This document shows, in pieces, positions 6,606 through 15,515 of a stretch of 15,515 bases of DNA (its first letter is position 1; each line of letters starts with the position of its first letter). Made by a program: the position numbers and the translations under genes. Source of the stretch: an uncultured Methanosarcinales archaeon (lineage in GTDB: Archaea; Nanobdellota; Nanobdellia; Woesearchaeales; CAZYIM01); NCBI GenBank assembly GCA_964647565.1, contig CAZYIM010000046.1, positions 1-15,515 of the forward strand. Direction: 5' to 3'. The notes beneath the pieces were generated by a model. That model was not told the origin of the DNA, searched no databases, and saw only the letters and a program-made list of their open reading frames with translations.

Positions 6606-7628
6606 CTACTCAAACAAAGCATCCACAAAGGCTTTGGATTTGTCGAATCGCATGGAATAATCTCCAGAAATCGATTTGTATGTGATTCCACGTTCAGCAA
6701 ACATTTTCTTGAGTTTCTTATTATTCTCTTCTCTCACGTCCTTGTCTCCTGCAAAGCGGAAATTATCCTCAATCCAGGGCACATCAGGCTCTAGGAAAAG
6801 AACGAGATCATAGTTTTGTATTTTTGCAATTTCTTCAACAAGAGGTGATTGTTTCCCATCAAAATACATATCCAAATAATATTGCGTGACAACAGCTTCA
6901 GAATCTACAAAAAGAATTCTGTTGCTTTCTTCAAGTTTACGCTCCTGAAGCATAAAATGATCCATTGCAATAGAATCAAACATCTCAGGGGTGAGCTGGT
7001 TCATATATTTCTCACAATAATCACGGCCAACTTCATGAACATAGTTGGTGTTATAAAATTTAGCTAGTTTTTTGACAAGTGTCGATTTACCCACACTCTC
7101 AGTACCCACTACAGCCACTTTTTTTGTGAAGTCTTTTCGTACAGCAGCAGGAAGTTTATCAAAGTGAGCATATAGATTTTGACGCAGCTCAGTTGCAGAT
7201 ATGGTAACTGTATTTCTATTATCATCAATAACCATATGTTTAGAATCAGGATAATATTTCTTGAAATGTTTATCATATGAATGTTCTGAACTAAACACCA
7301 CATCAATAGGTTTTCCTATTGCCTTTTTGATCTTTTCTGCACCCGCTTTCCAATCATAATTTGCGTCCCACTGATCATCCACAACATTAATTATTGTTAT
7401 ATTATCAAGATCATTTAGATTCTCTCCGAGCCAGGACATCCTGGTTTCTGCAGGCATATATTTGATCCCATCTCTCTCGCAAAGCTCCCTGTCTCGATTT
7501 TCAGATGAAGAAAGTACAACATAAAGTTCATCCACTTTATTTGATGCATCGATAATCACGTACACATGTCCCTGGTGTAAAGGAAGAAATTTTCCGCCAA
7601 GAAAACCGACAGTCTTATGCATGGGCAT
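6606..7628 (-). CDS. nadR: NadR-type bifunctional NMN adenylyltransferase / ribosylnicotinamide kinase lacking the HTH domain
   Basis: GKFLPLHQGH (HxGH), ISATELR, P-loop GTESVGKST, EVGRDY and EPDVPWIED. GGTGA lies 5 nt before ATG7628. Overlaps the pnuC stop. Confidence 0.92.
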   Translation of the reverse strand: MPMHKTVGFLGGKFLPLHQGHVYVIIDASNKVDELYVVLSSSENRDRELCERDGIKYMPAETRMSWLGENLNDLDNITIINVVDDQWDANYDWKAGAEKIKKAIGKPIDVVFSSEHSYDKHFKKYYPDSKHMVIDDNRNTVTISATELRQNLYAHFDKLPAAVRKDFTKKVAVVGTESVGKSTLVKKLAKFYNTNYVHEVGRDYCEKYMNQLTPEMFDSIAMDHFMLQERKLEESNRILFVDSEAVVTQYYLDMYFDGKQSPLVEEIAKIQNYDLVLFLEPDVPWIEDNFRFAGDKDVREENNKKLKKMFAERGITYKSISGDYSMRFDKSKAFVDALFE

Positions 7629-8346
7629 TAACGTCACCCCGCTGCTGTTTTTGATAGAGTTTTATCCAGTTTATCAAGCCATATACTGCATTTACCAGGT
7701 AAGCAGACCACATGATAAGAACTGCAACGTCATTTCCGCCTTTAAACATCACAACAAACCACATTATCACTGAGACAACATCGACAATTATCCAAAGTAT
7801 CCATTGTTCCATATAGAGTCTGGCCATCAGTACCATAGCAATGATCGAAAGTACTGTGGAGGTTGAATCCACAAAAGGCAAACTGCCTCCCATGAGTTTT
7901 AAGACTATCCCGTATCCAACAACACCAACAATAGAAATCAATGCCCAGATAACTCTTTGTTTGTTTGATAGGAATTTAATGAGCACATCTTCTTTGCTCT
8001 TCTTTTTCAGGTTCTTTCTCCAGAACCAGATCCCATAGAACTGCATCGGCAAGAAGTAGATCAGGTTTAACATCACTTCCCCATAATACTTCCACTGATA
8101 CGCAACCCATGCATAAGCAACTACGTTGACTATTCCAAAATAATAATTGCTGATCTTGCCTTTTGCAACAAGAACAACGCATATCATGCCTGTTAGTGAT
8201 GCTATGATCCCCACCCAGTTATCCTTCCAGAAAATGGACAGTCCAAGCATGACTATGATTGAAACAAAAAGCCAGCTCTTTTCCCATGTTGTCCAATCTG
8301 AGAAATATTCTTTTATGATGTTTTTTGAGGTTTTTTTATGAAGTAT
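7615..8346 (-). CDS. pnuC: Nicotinamide riboside transporter PnuC; probable ATA start at 8346, first ATG at 8250
   Basis: PnuC-like segments GMICVVLVAKGKISNYYFGIVN, YGEVMLNLIYFLPMQFYGIWFW, PFVDSTSTVLSIIA and EQWILWIIVD. Adjacent to nadR. The frame stays open for 32 codons upstream of ATG8250. Confidence 0.9.
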   Translation of the reverse strand: MLHKKTSKNIIKEYFSDWTTWEKSWLFVSIIVMLGLSIFWKDNWVGIIASLTGMICVVLVAKGKISNYYFGIVNVVAYAWVAYQWKYYGEVMLNLIYFLPMQFYGIWFWRKNLKKKSKEDVLIKFLSNKQRVIWALISIVGVVGYGIVLKLMGGSLPFVDSTSTVLSIIAMVLMARLYMEQWILWIIVDVVSVIMWFVVMFKGGNDVAVLIMWSAYLVNAVYGLINWIKLYQKQQRGDVNAHA

Positions 8347-8575
8347 TTAGATCACCCAGCTATGTTTGTTTAATAGGAAAATTATATTTTTATTTAAATC
8401 TTATTAATTACTCATATTAACTAATATTTACAGAAAATATAAATCCAAACTTCGAAAAGACTTGTTGTCCAGAGAAACATTTATTAATAAGATTGTATTT
8501 CCAAAATCGAGAGGTTAGAACTTTTTAGTAACAACAGATAGTTGACTATAAATTATTATTCGGGGAGGTTAAAAA

Positions 8576-9580
8576 ATGAGACTATTACCCAAGAAAAAAG
8601 ATAAGCCTTATGTCTATAAGGAACCAAAAAGAATGAGCGGCGGTTTAAAACGGATTCTGCAATTAGGTGGAGGCGTGTTAACCACAGCACTAGTAGGCAC
8701 TGCATTATTCGCACCATGGATGCCGTTTACCATCGACGATCCTGAAAATGTTGTAATCCAGAGGTTTGGCAAACATCATCGAGAACTCTCTAAACAAACT
8801 ATAGGTTGGTACAATCCATTATGGGAAAGCAAAACACCTGTTAATGTCCAAGGACAGATTCCACTAGAACTCGGATATAAGACAGTTGCTCCCAACACTG
8901 AACAACCTTATCAAGATAATAAGGATATTTCAATAATGCTTACAGGAGATGAGGCCCTGGTACGGGTTTGGTCTGCAATATATTTACAGATCGTAAATGC
9001 GCCAGAATATCTCTACAATGCTTATAATCATGACGAATTGAGGATGGCTGCTGCTGAAGCAGTAACACGACAGGTGATTGGCAATAACTCCATCTACAAA
9101 GAAATAACAACAGAGAGGGAAAATCTGCAACCTATTGCTCAGTCATTGATGCAAAAGCTCTTAAATGAATTTATGATGGGCACTTATGTTGCTAATTACA
9201 CGTTCCAGGATGTCAAACCTCCAGAAGAAGTTGATGATGCATTCATTGCAGTTCAGGGAGCAAGAGAAACAGCAGAGACAATGAGAAATGCTGCAAATGC
9301 TATATATGAACAGATGACTCAAAATGCAGAAGGAGACTCAATTGCAAAAACACTGAATGCTGATGCATATTCAATTACAAAAATAAACAAAGGTATTCAG
9401 GAACGTGAGCATTTTGCCGGTTTTTACAGGTCATATGTAAAAAACCCAGAAATTGCCGTTGAAAAATTAGTTACAGAAACACTCGGGGAACTGATGAAAC
9501 ATGTAGATATCTTGATAGAAAATGAAAACGGACAGCTCTTCAAAGTATATGATGTCAATAAAATGGGGGTGAAAAAATGA
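8576..9580 (+). CDS. hflK: HflK-like SPFH/band-7 membrane protein
   Basis: N-terminal TM helix, VVIQRFGK, SIMLTGDE and QDVKPPEEVDDAF. GGAGG SD. Coupled to an hflC-like gene. Confidence 0.85.
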   Translation: MRLLPKKKDKPYVYKEPKRMSGGLKRILQLGGGVLTTALVGTALFAPWMPFTIDDPENVVIQRFGKHHRELSKQTIGWYNPLWESKTPVNVQGQIPLELGYKTVAPNTEQPYQDNKDISIMLTGDEALVRVWSAIYLQIVNAPEYLYNAYNHDELRMAAAEAVTRQVIGNNSIYKEITTERENLQPIAQSLMQKLLNEFMMGTYVANYTFQDVKPPEEVDDAFIAVQGARETAETMRNAANAIYEQMTQNAEGDSIAKTLNADAYSITKINKGIQEREHFAGFYRSYVKNPEIAVEKLVTETLGELMKHVDILIENENGQLFKVYDVNKMGVKK

Positions 9581-10824
9581 AAAGGGATAAACCCCGATCC
9601 GGAAAAAAATGGCTTAGGGCAGCAATACCATTAACTGTTTTAGCAGGAATTTATCTCTCAGGAGTTCCATATACTGTCGATGAACGGACGCAAGCAGGAT
9701 TATATTTTCTAGGTAAGCAGCCTGTGGGGATGGTTGTTGGTTCATTTGTTGCAGGAAAGCCAGATTCAAGCAGATTGAATCCTGTTGTTAAATGGAATGA
9801 AAGGATGAAGAAAATTTTCAATAAAGATGATGAAAAAGTGGTTGCTACAAAGACAGACAGTTCTTCCATCGATGATCTTACTGAAGTAGCCGCAGATTCA
9901 TTAGTTAAAACCAGTCCATTCATCGTTGACAGAAGTCCAATTAAACCAGTCAAAATCGAACAAGGTGCAGGCTTAAAATTCAAATGGATGTCACATCTTG
10001 TAAAGGTCAAAAAATTTAGTGACCAGATTGGGATGTACAGGGCTTCAAGACAGGATATCCTTACTAAGGATTCAAAATATCTTAGAGTCGACAATATCGC
10101 TGCTATATACATAGAAAATCCCATCTTGTTTAGGAAACGGGTCGGATCTACTGATATCCGAGAAGCAGTTCCTATTCTAGACCATATTGTCTATGGTACT
10201 GTTCGAAATGTAATTGGCCAATATAACCTTTTAGAGGCTGTCAGGACAGATAACTCTATGCTTCAAGAGAAGGATGATTTATTCCTATCAAACAACCAAG
10301 AAGCAACAAAATATGCGCTCGCAAGCTGGAAACAGATTGAATTTGGTAGGGAATTTATAGAAAATAAAATAACCCAGATATCCAATCTTGCATTAAAAGA
10401 ATGGGGTATCAAGGTAATTAGGGTGGAGTTGGAAACAACCCAATTGTTGCCAGACAATGAACAAAAGGTCTATGATCGGATTGAACAGGAAAGGCAAATC
10501 GTCATCAACAAATATCATGCACAGGGATATAAAGACAGCCTAGAGACTGTTTCAAGAGGTAAGTATATTGCTGCAAGAAAGGTCTCAAATGCAGAAGCCT
10601 ATGTTGGAAGAATAATGGGACATGCCGACCAAACCGCAGCAGATACAGTCGCATCAATTGCAATGATGGATCCACAAGCATACGAGCTTTGGAACAAGAT
10701 GAGGGCTTTTAAGGAAATAATTGCAGATACCTCAAGGACTGGAAAGATGCAAATTGTTCTATCAAGTGACGATCCTATTGTCAAGTACTTGAAGGGTGTT
10801 GATCCATCCAAGTATAAGAAATAA
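9577..10824 (+). CDS. hflC: HflC-like SPFH/band-7 membrane protein
   Basis: TM helix then YTVDERTQA, GLKFKW, ILTKDSKYLRVDN, WGIKVIRV, VYDRIEQER and C-terminal VLSSDDPIVKYL. ATGA overlap with hflK and a GGTGA SD. Confidence 0.85.
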   Translation: MKRDKPRSGKKWLRAAIPLTVLAGIYLSGVPYTVDERTQAGLYFLGKQPVGMVVGSFVAGKPDSSRLNPVVKWNERMKKIFNKDDEKVVATKTDSSSIDDLTEVAADSLVKTSPFIVDRSPIKPVKIEQGAGLKFKWMSHLVKVKKFSDQIGMYRASRQDILTKDSKYLRVDNIAAIYIENPILFRKRVGSTDIREAVPILDHIVYGTVRNVIGQYNLLEAVRTDNSMLQEKDDLFLSNNQEATKYALASWKQIEFGREFIENKITQISNLALKEWGIKVIRVELETTQLLPDNEQKVYDRIEQERQIVINKYHAQGYKDSLETVSRGKYIAARKVSNAEAYVGRIMGHADQTAADTVASIAMMDPQAYELWNKMRAFKEIIADTSRTGKMQIVLSSDDPIVKYLKGVDPSKYKK

Positions 10825-10829
10825 TTGTA

Positions 10830-11174
10830 TCAATAAAGAAAATCAAGCTCCTCTGCAGTGACTGTTATCTCTTTTTTTTCTTTATTTGCACTTTTTTCTG
10901 TATTTTCTGCTTCTTCTTTTTCATCTAATATAGGACACATCTCCATGGCTTTTGCAAAGCTTATGTTGCCGCAGTTCATGCAGTGGAAGTAAGGCCCCCA
11001 CTTGCCCTCTCTTATATCAAGCCATTCGCCACAGGCACATTTTAGGTCTGGAAGTTTTTTATCCTTATGTGCAGAACATACTGGAACTCCTTGTTGATTT
11101 TTTACAGTCGCATGCTTGTTACAAAAAGGGCATCTATCAACCCTGGATTGTCCGTAGATCTTCTTTCGAAACAT
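10830..11174 (-). CDS. Small two-zinc-finger hypothetical protein, about 114 aa
   Basis: CPFC...CSAH and CACG...GKWGPYFHCMNC (resembles a topoisomerase zinc ribbon), with a charged tail. ATG11174 lies about 21 nt after TTATATA (11202-11196). Confidence 0.75.
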   Translation of the reverse strand: MFRKKIYGQSRVDRCPFCNKHATVKNQQGVPVCSAHKDKKLPDLKCACGEWLDIREGKWGPYFHCMNCGNISFAKAMEMCPILDEKEEAENTEKSANKEKKEITVTAEELDFLY

Positions 11175-11317
11175 AATCCATACCAGAAGGTAGGGTATAT
11201 AAGCATTGTTATCCAGCAATTATTATTTTGGAGAATAATAACCCTGTGCAAAATACACACCCCACTGGACACTTCACCAAAAAGAATATAAAAAGATTCG
11301 AAATATTCACGACTATA

Positions 11318-14116
11318 ATGAAGAATATTACGATTAAGGGTGCAAGAGAGCATAATCTTAAGAATATCAATATTGAAATTCCCAGGGACAAGTTTATAGT
11401 TATTACAGGGCTTTCTGGATCTGGAAAATCAACATTGGCCTTTGACACTCTCTATGCAGAAGGCCAAAGAAGGTATGTAGAATCACTATCTGCATACGCA
11501 AGACAGTTTTTGGGACTGATGAACAAGCCTGATGTTGACAGCATAGAAGGACTGTCTCCAGCAATATCAATAGAACAAAAGACCACTAGCAAGAATCCTC
11601 GAAGCACAGTAGGAACCGTCACAGAGATATATGATTACCTTCGACTTCTTTTTGCACGAATAGGTACAGCCTATTGTCCTGACCACAATATCCAGATTGA
11701 AGCTCAATCTCCTGAAAGAATAGCAGACAGGATATCTGAGCATTCTAAAGGTTCAATAACCGTACTTGCACCAATAGTCAGACAAAAGAAAGGCACCTAT
11801 GAGAAGTTGCTTTTAGACCTTAACAAAGAAGGCTATCTAAGGGCCAGGGTCAATAAGAAGATAATAAGGACAGATCAGACCATAAAGCTTGAGAGATACA
11901 AGAAACATGATATAGAGATTGTCATCGATAGGATCAATTCAGATGACAGGCAAAGGCTTGTCGAGGCTATTGAGAATGCTCTTGTTAAATCAGAAGGATT
12001 GATAATCATATTGGATGATAAGCAAAAAGAACATATTTATTCTGCCAAATTGGCTTGCCCCAAATGTGGAATTGCTTTTGAAGAATTGCAGCCAAGAATG
12101 TTCTCTTTCAACAGCCCGTTTGGTGCCTGTGAACAATGTCATGGTCTTGGAATCAAAATGGAGTTTGATCCAGAGCTTATAATCCCTGATCCTGAGAAGT
12201 GCATTGCAGACGGAGCAATCATGCTCTATCGAAATGCCATTGACGGCTGGAGAGGCCAGTATCTTGGCGCAGTGGCCAAACACAATGGATTTAATGTTTT
12301 TACACCTATAAAAGAGCTGACTAAGAAACAATATGATATTATGATGTATGGATCTGAAGATCGGATTAAGTTTAACATGACTATGAAAAATGGTGAAGCT
12401 AACTGGTCACACACAGGTGAATGGGAAGGATTGATCCCACAATCAGAAAGGCTATATCACCAGACAGAATCCGACTATAGGAGACGAGAGCTTGAGAAAT
12501 TCATGAGGATCTCTCCATGCCCAGTCTGCAAGGGGAAAAGGCTGAAAAGAAAGATCCTTGCTGTAAAAATCAACGATAAATCAATAATCGAGACAACAGA
12601 TTTTTCCATAATAGACGCAATATCTTTCTTTAAGAACCTACAACTTAAACCAAAACAAAAAAGTATTGCAAGCCAAATCCTAAAAGAGATAAATGAAAGA
12701 CTTGATTTCCTGGAAAAGGTAGGTCTTGGCTATATCACCTTATCAAGAAACGCAAGCACTCTTTCAGGAGGAGAAGCTCAAAGAATAAGACTGGCAACAC
12801 AGATAGGATCGAATCTGATGGGCGTAATCTATATTCTTGATGAACCCTCAATTGGTCTGCATCAGAGAGATAACCAAAAGTTAATCGATACATTACATAG
12901 ATTAAGGGACATAGGAAACACACTCATTGTTGTTGAACATGATGAAGATACCATTCAAAAGGCAGATTATGTCATAGATATGGGTCCTGGTGCAGGAATT
13001 CATGGAGGCAAGATAGTTGCTGCGGGAACACCTGCACAGATAAAGTCCAATCCAAAATCACTGACAGGACAATACCTTTCTGGAAAACTTTCGATCCCTC
13101 TGCCTAAAAGCAGGAGAAAAATCTCTGATGGTATACAAATAGTTGGTTGCAAACAGAACAACCTTAAAGGAATCGACGTTGTAATCCCCACAGGCGTCCT
13201 CACATTGATAACCGGAGTTTCTGGGAGTGGAAAATCAACTCTCATATATGAGATACTTTACAAAGGTTTGATGAAAAAGCTCCACCAATCCAAGATTATG
13301 CCTGGAAAACATGATTCCATTGATTCAAAAAACATCGACAAGGTCATAGTCATTGACCAAAGCCCGATAGGCAAGACGCCAAGGAGCAATCCTGCAACTT
13401 ACACAAAAGTATTTGATGAGATAAGGAAAATATTTGCAACTACCAAAGAGGCCAAGATTCGCGGATATAAGCCGGGAAGATTCTCCTTTAATGTCAAAGG
13501 GGGAAGGTGCGAAGCATGTCAGGGTGATGGTTTAATTAAGATTGAGATGAACTTTCTGCCTGATGTATATGTTGAATGTGAAGAGTGCAAGGGAAAAAGA
13601 TACAACAAAGAAACTCTTGAAGTCCGGTATAAGGGAAAATCTATTGCTGACGTCCTTGGCATGAGTGTTGAAGAGGCTCTAGAGCTTTTCACGAACATAA
13701 CAACCATACGTAACAAGATGAACACACTGATGAGGGTCGGCCTTGATTATATCCACCTCGGCCAAAGCTCAACAACCCTATCTGGTGGAGAAGCCCAGAG
13801 AATCAAGCTTACAAGAGAGCTGTCAAAAAAAGCCACAGGAAACACAATATACCTGTTGGATGAGCCCACTACAGGTCTACATTTCCACGATGTCCAAAAA
13901 TTAATTAAGGTACTCAACGATCTTGTTGACAAAGGAAACTCTGTAGTTGTAATTGAACACAATCTTGATGTTATCAAGTCAGCAGATCATATAATAGATC
14001 TGGGACCTGAAGGAGGAAATGAAGGTGGAAGAATTGTTGCAAAGGGCACCCCTGAAGAAGTTGCTTCCAATAATAAGAGTTTTACTGGTCAGTTTTTAAA
14101 AAGAATCCTACAATGA
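11318..14116 (+). CDS. uvrA: Excinuclease ABC subunit A
   Basis: [17 protein letters not shown], two Walker A motifs ([16 protein letters not shown]), two LSGGEAQRI signatures and zinc fingers. The start is ATG11318, about 24 nt after a TATAAAAA box. Confidence 0.98.
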   Translation: MKNITIKGAREHNLKNINIEIPRDKFIVITGLSGSGKSTLAFDTLYAEGQRRYVESLSAYARQFLGLMNKPDVDSIEGLSPAISIEQKTTSKNPRSTVGTVTEIYDYLRLLFARIGTAYCPDHNIQIEAQSPERIADRISEHSKGSITVLAPIVRQKKGTYEKLLLDLNKEGYLRARVNKKIIRTDQTIKLERYKKHDIEIVIDRINSDDRQRLVEAIENALVKSEGLIIILDDKQKEHIYSAKLACPKCGIAFEELQPRMFSFNSPFGACEQCHGLGIKMEFDPELIIPDPEKCIADGAIMLYRNAIDGWRGQYLGAVAKHNGFNVFTPIKELTKKQYDIMMYGSEDRIKFNMTMKNGEANWSHTGEWEGLIPQSERLYHQTESDYRRRELEKFMRISPCPVCKGKRLKRKILAVKINDKSIIETTDFSIIDAISFFKNLQLKPKQKSIASQILKEINERLDFLEKVGLGYITLSRNASTLSGGEAQRIRLATQIGSNLMGVIYILDEPSIGLHQRDNQKLIDTLHRLRDIGNTLIVVEHDEDTIQKADYVIDMGPGAGIHGGKIVAAGTPAQIKSNPKSLTGQYLSGKLSIPLPKSRRKISDGIQIVGCKQNNLKGIDVVIPTGVLTLITGVSGSGKSTLIYEILYKGLMKKLHQSKIMPGKHDSIDSKNIDKVIVIDQSPIGKTPRSNPATYTKVFDEIRKIFATTKEAKIRGYKPGRFSFNVKGGRCEACQGDGLIKIEMNFLPDVYVECEECKGKRYNKETLEVRYKGKSIADVLGMSVEEALELFTNITTIRNKMNTLMRVGLDYIHLGQSSTTLSGGEAQRIKLTRELSKKATGNTIYLLDEPTTGLHFHDVQKLIKVLNDLVDKGNSVVVIEHNLDVIKSADHIIDLGPEGGNEGGRIVAKGTPEEVASNNKSFTGQFLKRILQ

Positions 14117-15515
14117 TAGATCTGACAAGAATACCTAACAAACCAGGATGCTACCTGTTCAAGGACCGGCAAGGTCATATAATATACATCGGCAAGGCAA
14201 AGAACCTGAAAAAAAGGGTAGCCAGCTATTTCTATAATAAGGATCTGGATAGAAAGACTCTCAATCTTGTAAAAAGCATTGAATCAACAGATTTCATAGT
14301 CACCAACAGCGAGGTAGAAGCGCTGATTCTTGAAAACAACCTAATCAAGAAGCATACTCCAAGATATAATATCGATCTAAAAGATTCTAAGCGATATGCA
14401 TATATTCAGCTGACAGATGAAGATTTTCCTAGATTGCTTCTGGCCAGAAGAATTAGCGGGGAAGGAAAATTCTTTGGGCCTTTTACATCTGCAGCAATTA
14501 GAGATCAGGTTCTCAGTGTGCTTCGAAAGACTTTTTTGCTCAGGACATGCAAAAAGATGCCCAAGAGACCCTGCCTCAGATATCAAATAAACCTTTGCAG
14601 AGCACCTTGCGCAGAACACATTTTATCAGAAGAATATGCAAAGTTAATCAAGAAGGTAACTTTAGTGCTTAAGGGAAAAGGGATAGAACTGATCAAGAAA
14701 CTTGAAACTGAGATGAAAGTTTCAGCTAAAAAACAACAGTATGAGACTGCCCTTGAATTAAGAAACCAGATACATGCCATTAAATATCTTGAAGAGAGAC
14801 AGAATGTAGAAAGGCAAAAAAGATTCAATGAAGATATAATAAATTTCATTATCAAGGCAGATCGTATTCATCTGCTTTTATTCAATGTGTACAAAGGTAT
14901 ATTAGAGAATAAGCAAGAATTTGAATTTGATTTCTCAATTCGTTTCCTCGAAGAATTCCTGGTCCAATATTATTCAGAAAATACAGTTCCAAAAGAGATC
15001 ATACTGCCCAAGAAGATAAGCGATTCCCTTGTTGAATTCCTTGAACTAAAAAAAGGCGGTAAAGTCAGCATAACCACGCCTTTAATAGGCGAAAAAAAAC
15101 AGCTTTTGGCACTTGTAAAGAAGAATATCGAACTAAATGTACTAAAAGAGCAGGCTAAGATGGATGATCTAAGGATTAAGCTTAAATTTGAAGATATGCC
15201 AAGAGTAATCGAATGTTTTGACATCTCACATATATCCGGGACATCCACTGTAGGCTCCATGGTGCAATTCAGAGATGGGAAACCAGACAAGAGCAACTAT
15301 AGGAGATTCAAGATAAAGAATGTTGAGGGAATCGATGATTTTAAGGCACTAGCAGAGGTAGTCCGGAGAAGATATTCACGATTATTAAACGAACAATCAG
15401 AGATGCCGGATCTAATCATAATAGATGGCGGAAAAGGGCAACTTAGCAGTGCTGTTGCCGAGCTGAATAAGCTTGGCCTAAGAATACCGACCATATCAAA
15501 TGCAAAAAGATATGA
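14113..15515 (+). CDS. uvrC: Excinuclease ABC subunit C (partial, runs off the window end; not in the ORF track)
   Basis: [18 protein letters not shown]...[17 protein letters not shown] (GIY-YIG), [21 protein letters not shown] and [13 protein letters not shown] overlap with uvrA. Confidence 0.97.
   Translation, partial: MIDLTRIPNKPGCYLFKDRQGHIIYIGKAKNLKKRVASYFYNKDLDRKTLNLVKSIESTDFIVTNSEVEALILENNLIKKHTPRYNIDLKDSKRYAYIQLTDEDFPRLLLARRISGEGKFFGPFTSAAIRDQVLSVLRKTFLLRTCKKMPKRPCLRYQINLCRAPCAEHILSEEYAKLIKKVTLVLKGKGIELIKKLETEMKVSAKKQQYETALELRNQIHAIKYLEERQNVERQKRFNEDIINFIIKADRIHLLLFNVYKGILENKQEFEFDFSIRFLEEFLVQYYSENTVPKEIILPKKISDSLVEFLELKKGGKVSITTPLIGEKKQLLALVKKNIELNVLKEQAKMDDLRIKLKFEDMPRVIECFDISHISGTSTVGSMVQFRDGKPDKSNYRRFKIKNVEGIDDFKALAEVVRRRYSRLLNEQSEMPDLIIIDGGKGQLSSAVAELNKLGLRIPTISNAKRY

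Noticed and set aside
8347..8575. NAD+ riboswitch or NrtR-like operator upstream of pnuC (TTACTCATATTAACTAA at 8408-8424)
   Set aside because: The predicted leader is only about 20 nt with no convincing stems. The palindrome is imperfect, matches only half of GT-N7-AC, and no such regulator is in the window.
11228..11317. TTG-started N-terminal extension of UvrA
   Set aside because: UvrA similarity starts at [14 protein letters not shown] (11318), and the extension spans the promoter.
9651..15494. Numerous short overlapping or antisense ORFs within hflC, the Zn-finger gene, uvrA and uvrC
   Set aside because: They are shadows of well-supported genes and carry no motifs or translation signals.
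1..15515. CRISPR array, tRNA, rRNA, transposase or integrase
   Set aside because: No regularly spaced repeats, cloverleaf or rRNA-like segments, or recombinase motifs were seen by eye.

Overview
This is AT-rich archaeal DNA, most likely from a DPANN (Woesearchaeota-like) genome. The evidence is a TFB-type C-terminus at the left edge, TTTATAAA boxes about 25 nt before start codons, GGTGA ribosome-binding sites and Cys-rich surface repeats; the lineage call is inference. The left ~6.6 kb looks like an accessory surface island. It carries a lipoprotein, a 16-codon bridging mini-ORF, a polytopic membrane protein, a secreted HEXXH metalloprotease, a ~1020-aa Cys-repeat membrane protein, a 49-aa ribbon-helix-helix (RHH) gene missed by the ORF track, and a PD-(D/E)xK-like nuclease flanked by structured non-coding DNA. 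The right part carries pnuC-nadR (NAD salvage), hflK-hflC, a small Zn-finger protein, uvrA and a partial uvrC. The most striking feature is a 69-bp diverged direct repeat matching the 3' end of the RHH gene. It brackets the Cys-repeat gene and its promoter as a 3,173-bp cassette-like unit. Also notable are a probable ATA start codon for pnuC and bacterial-type HflKC in an archaeal context.
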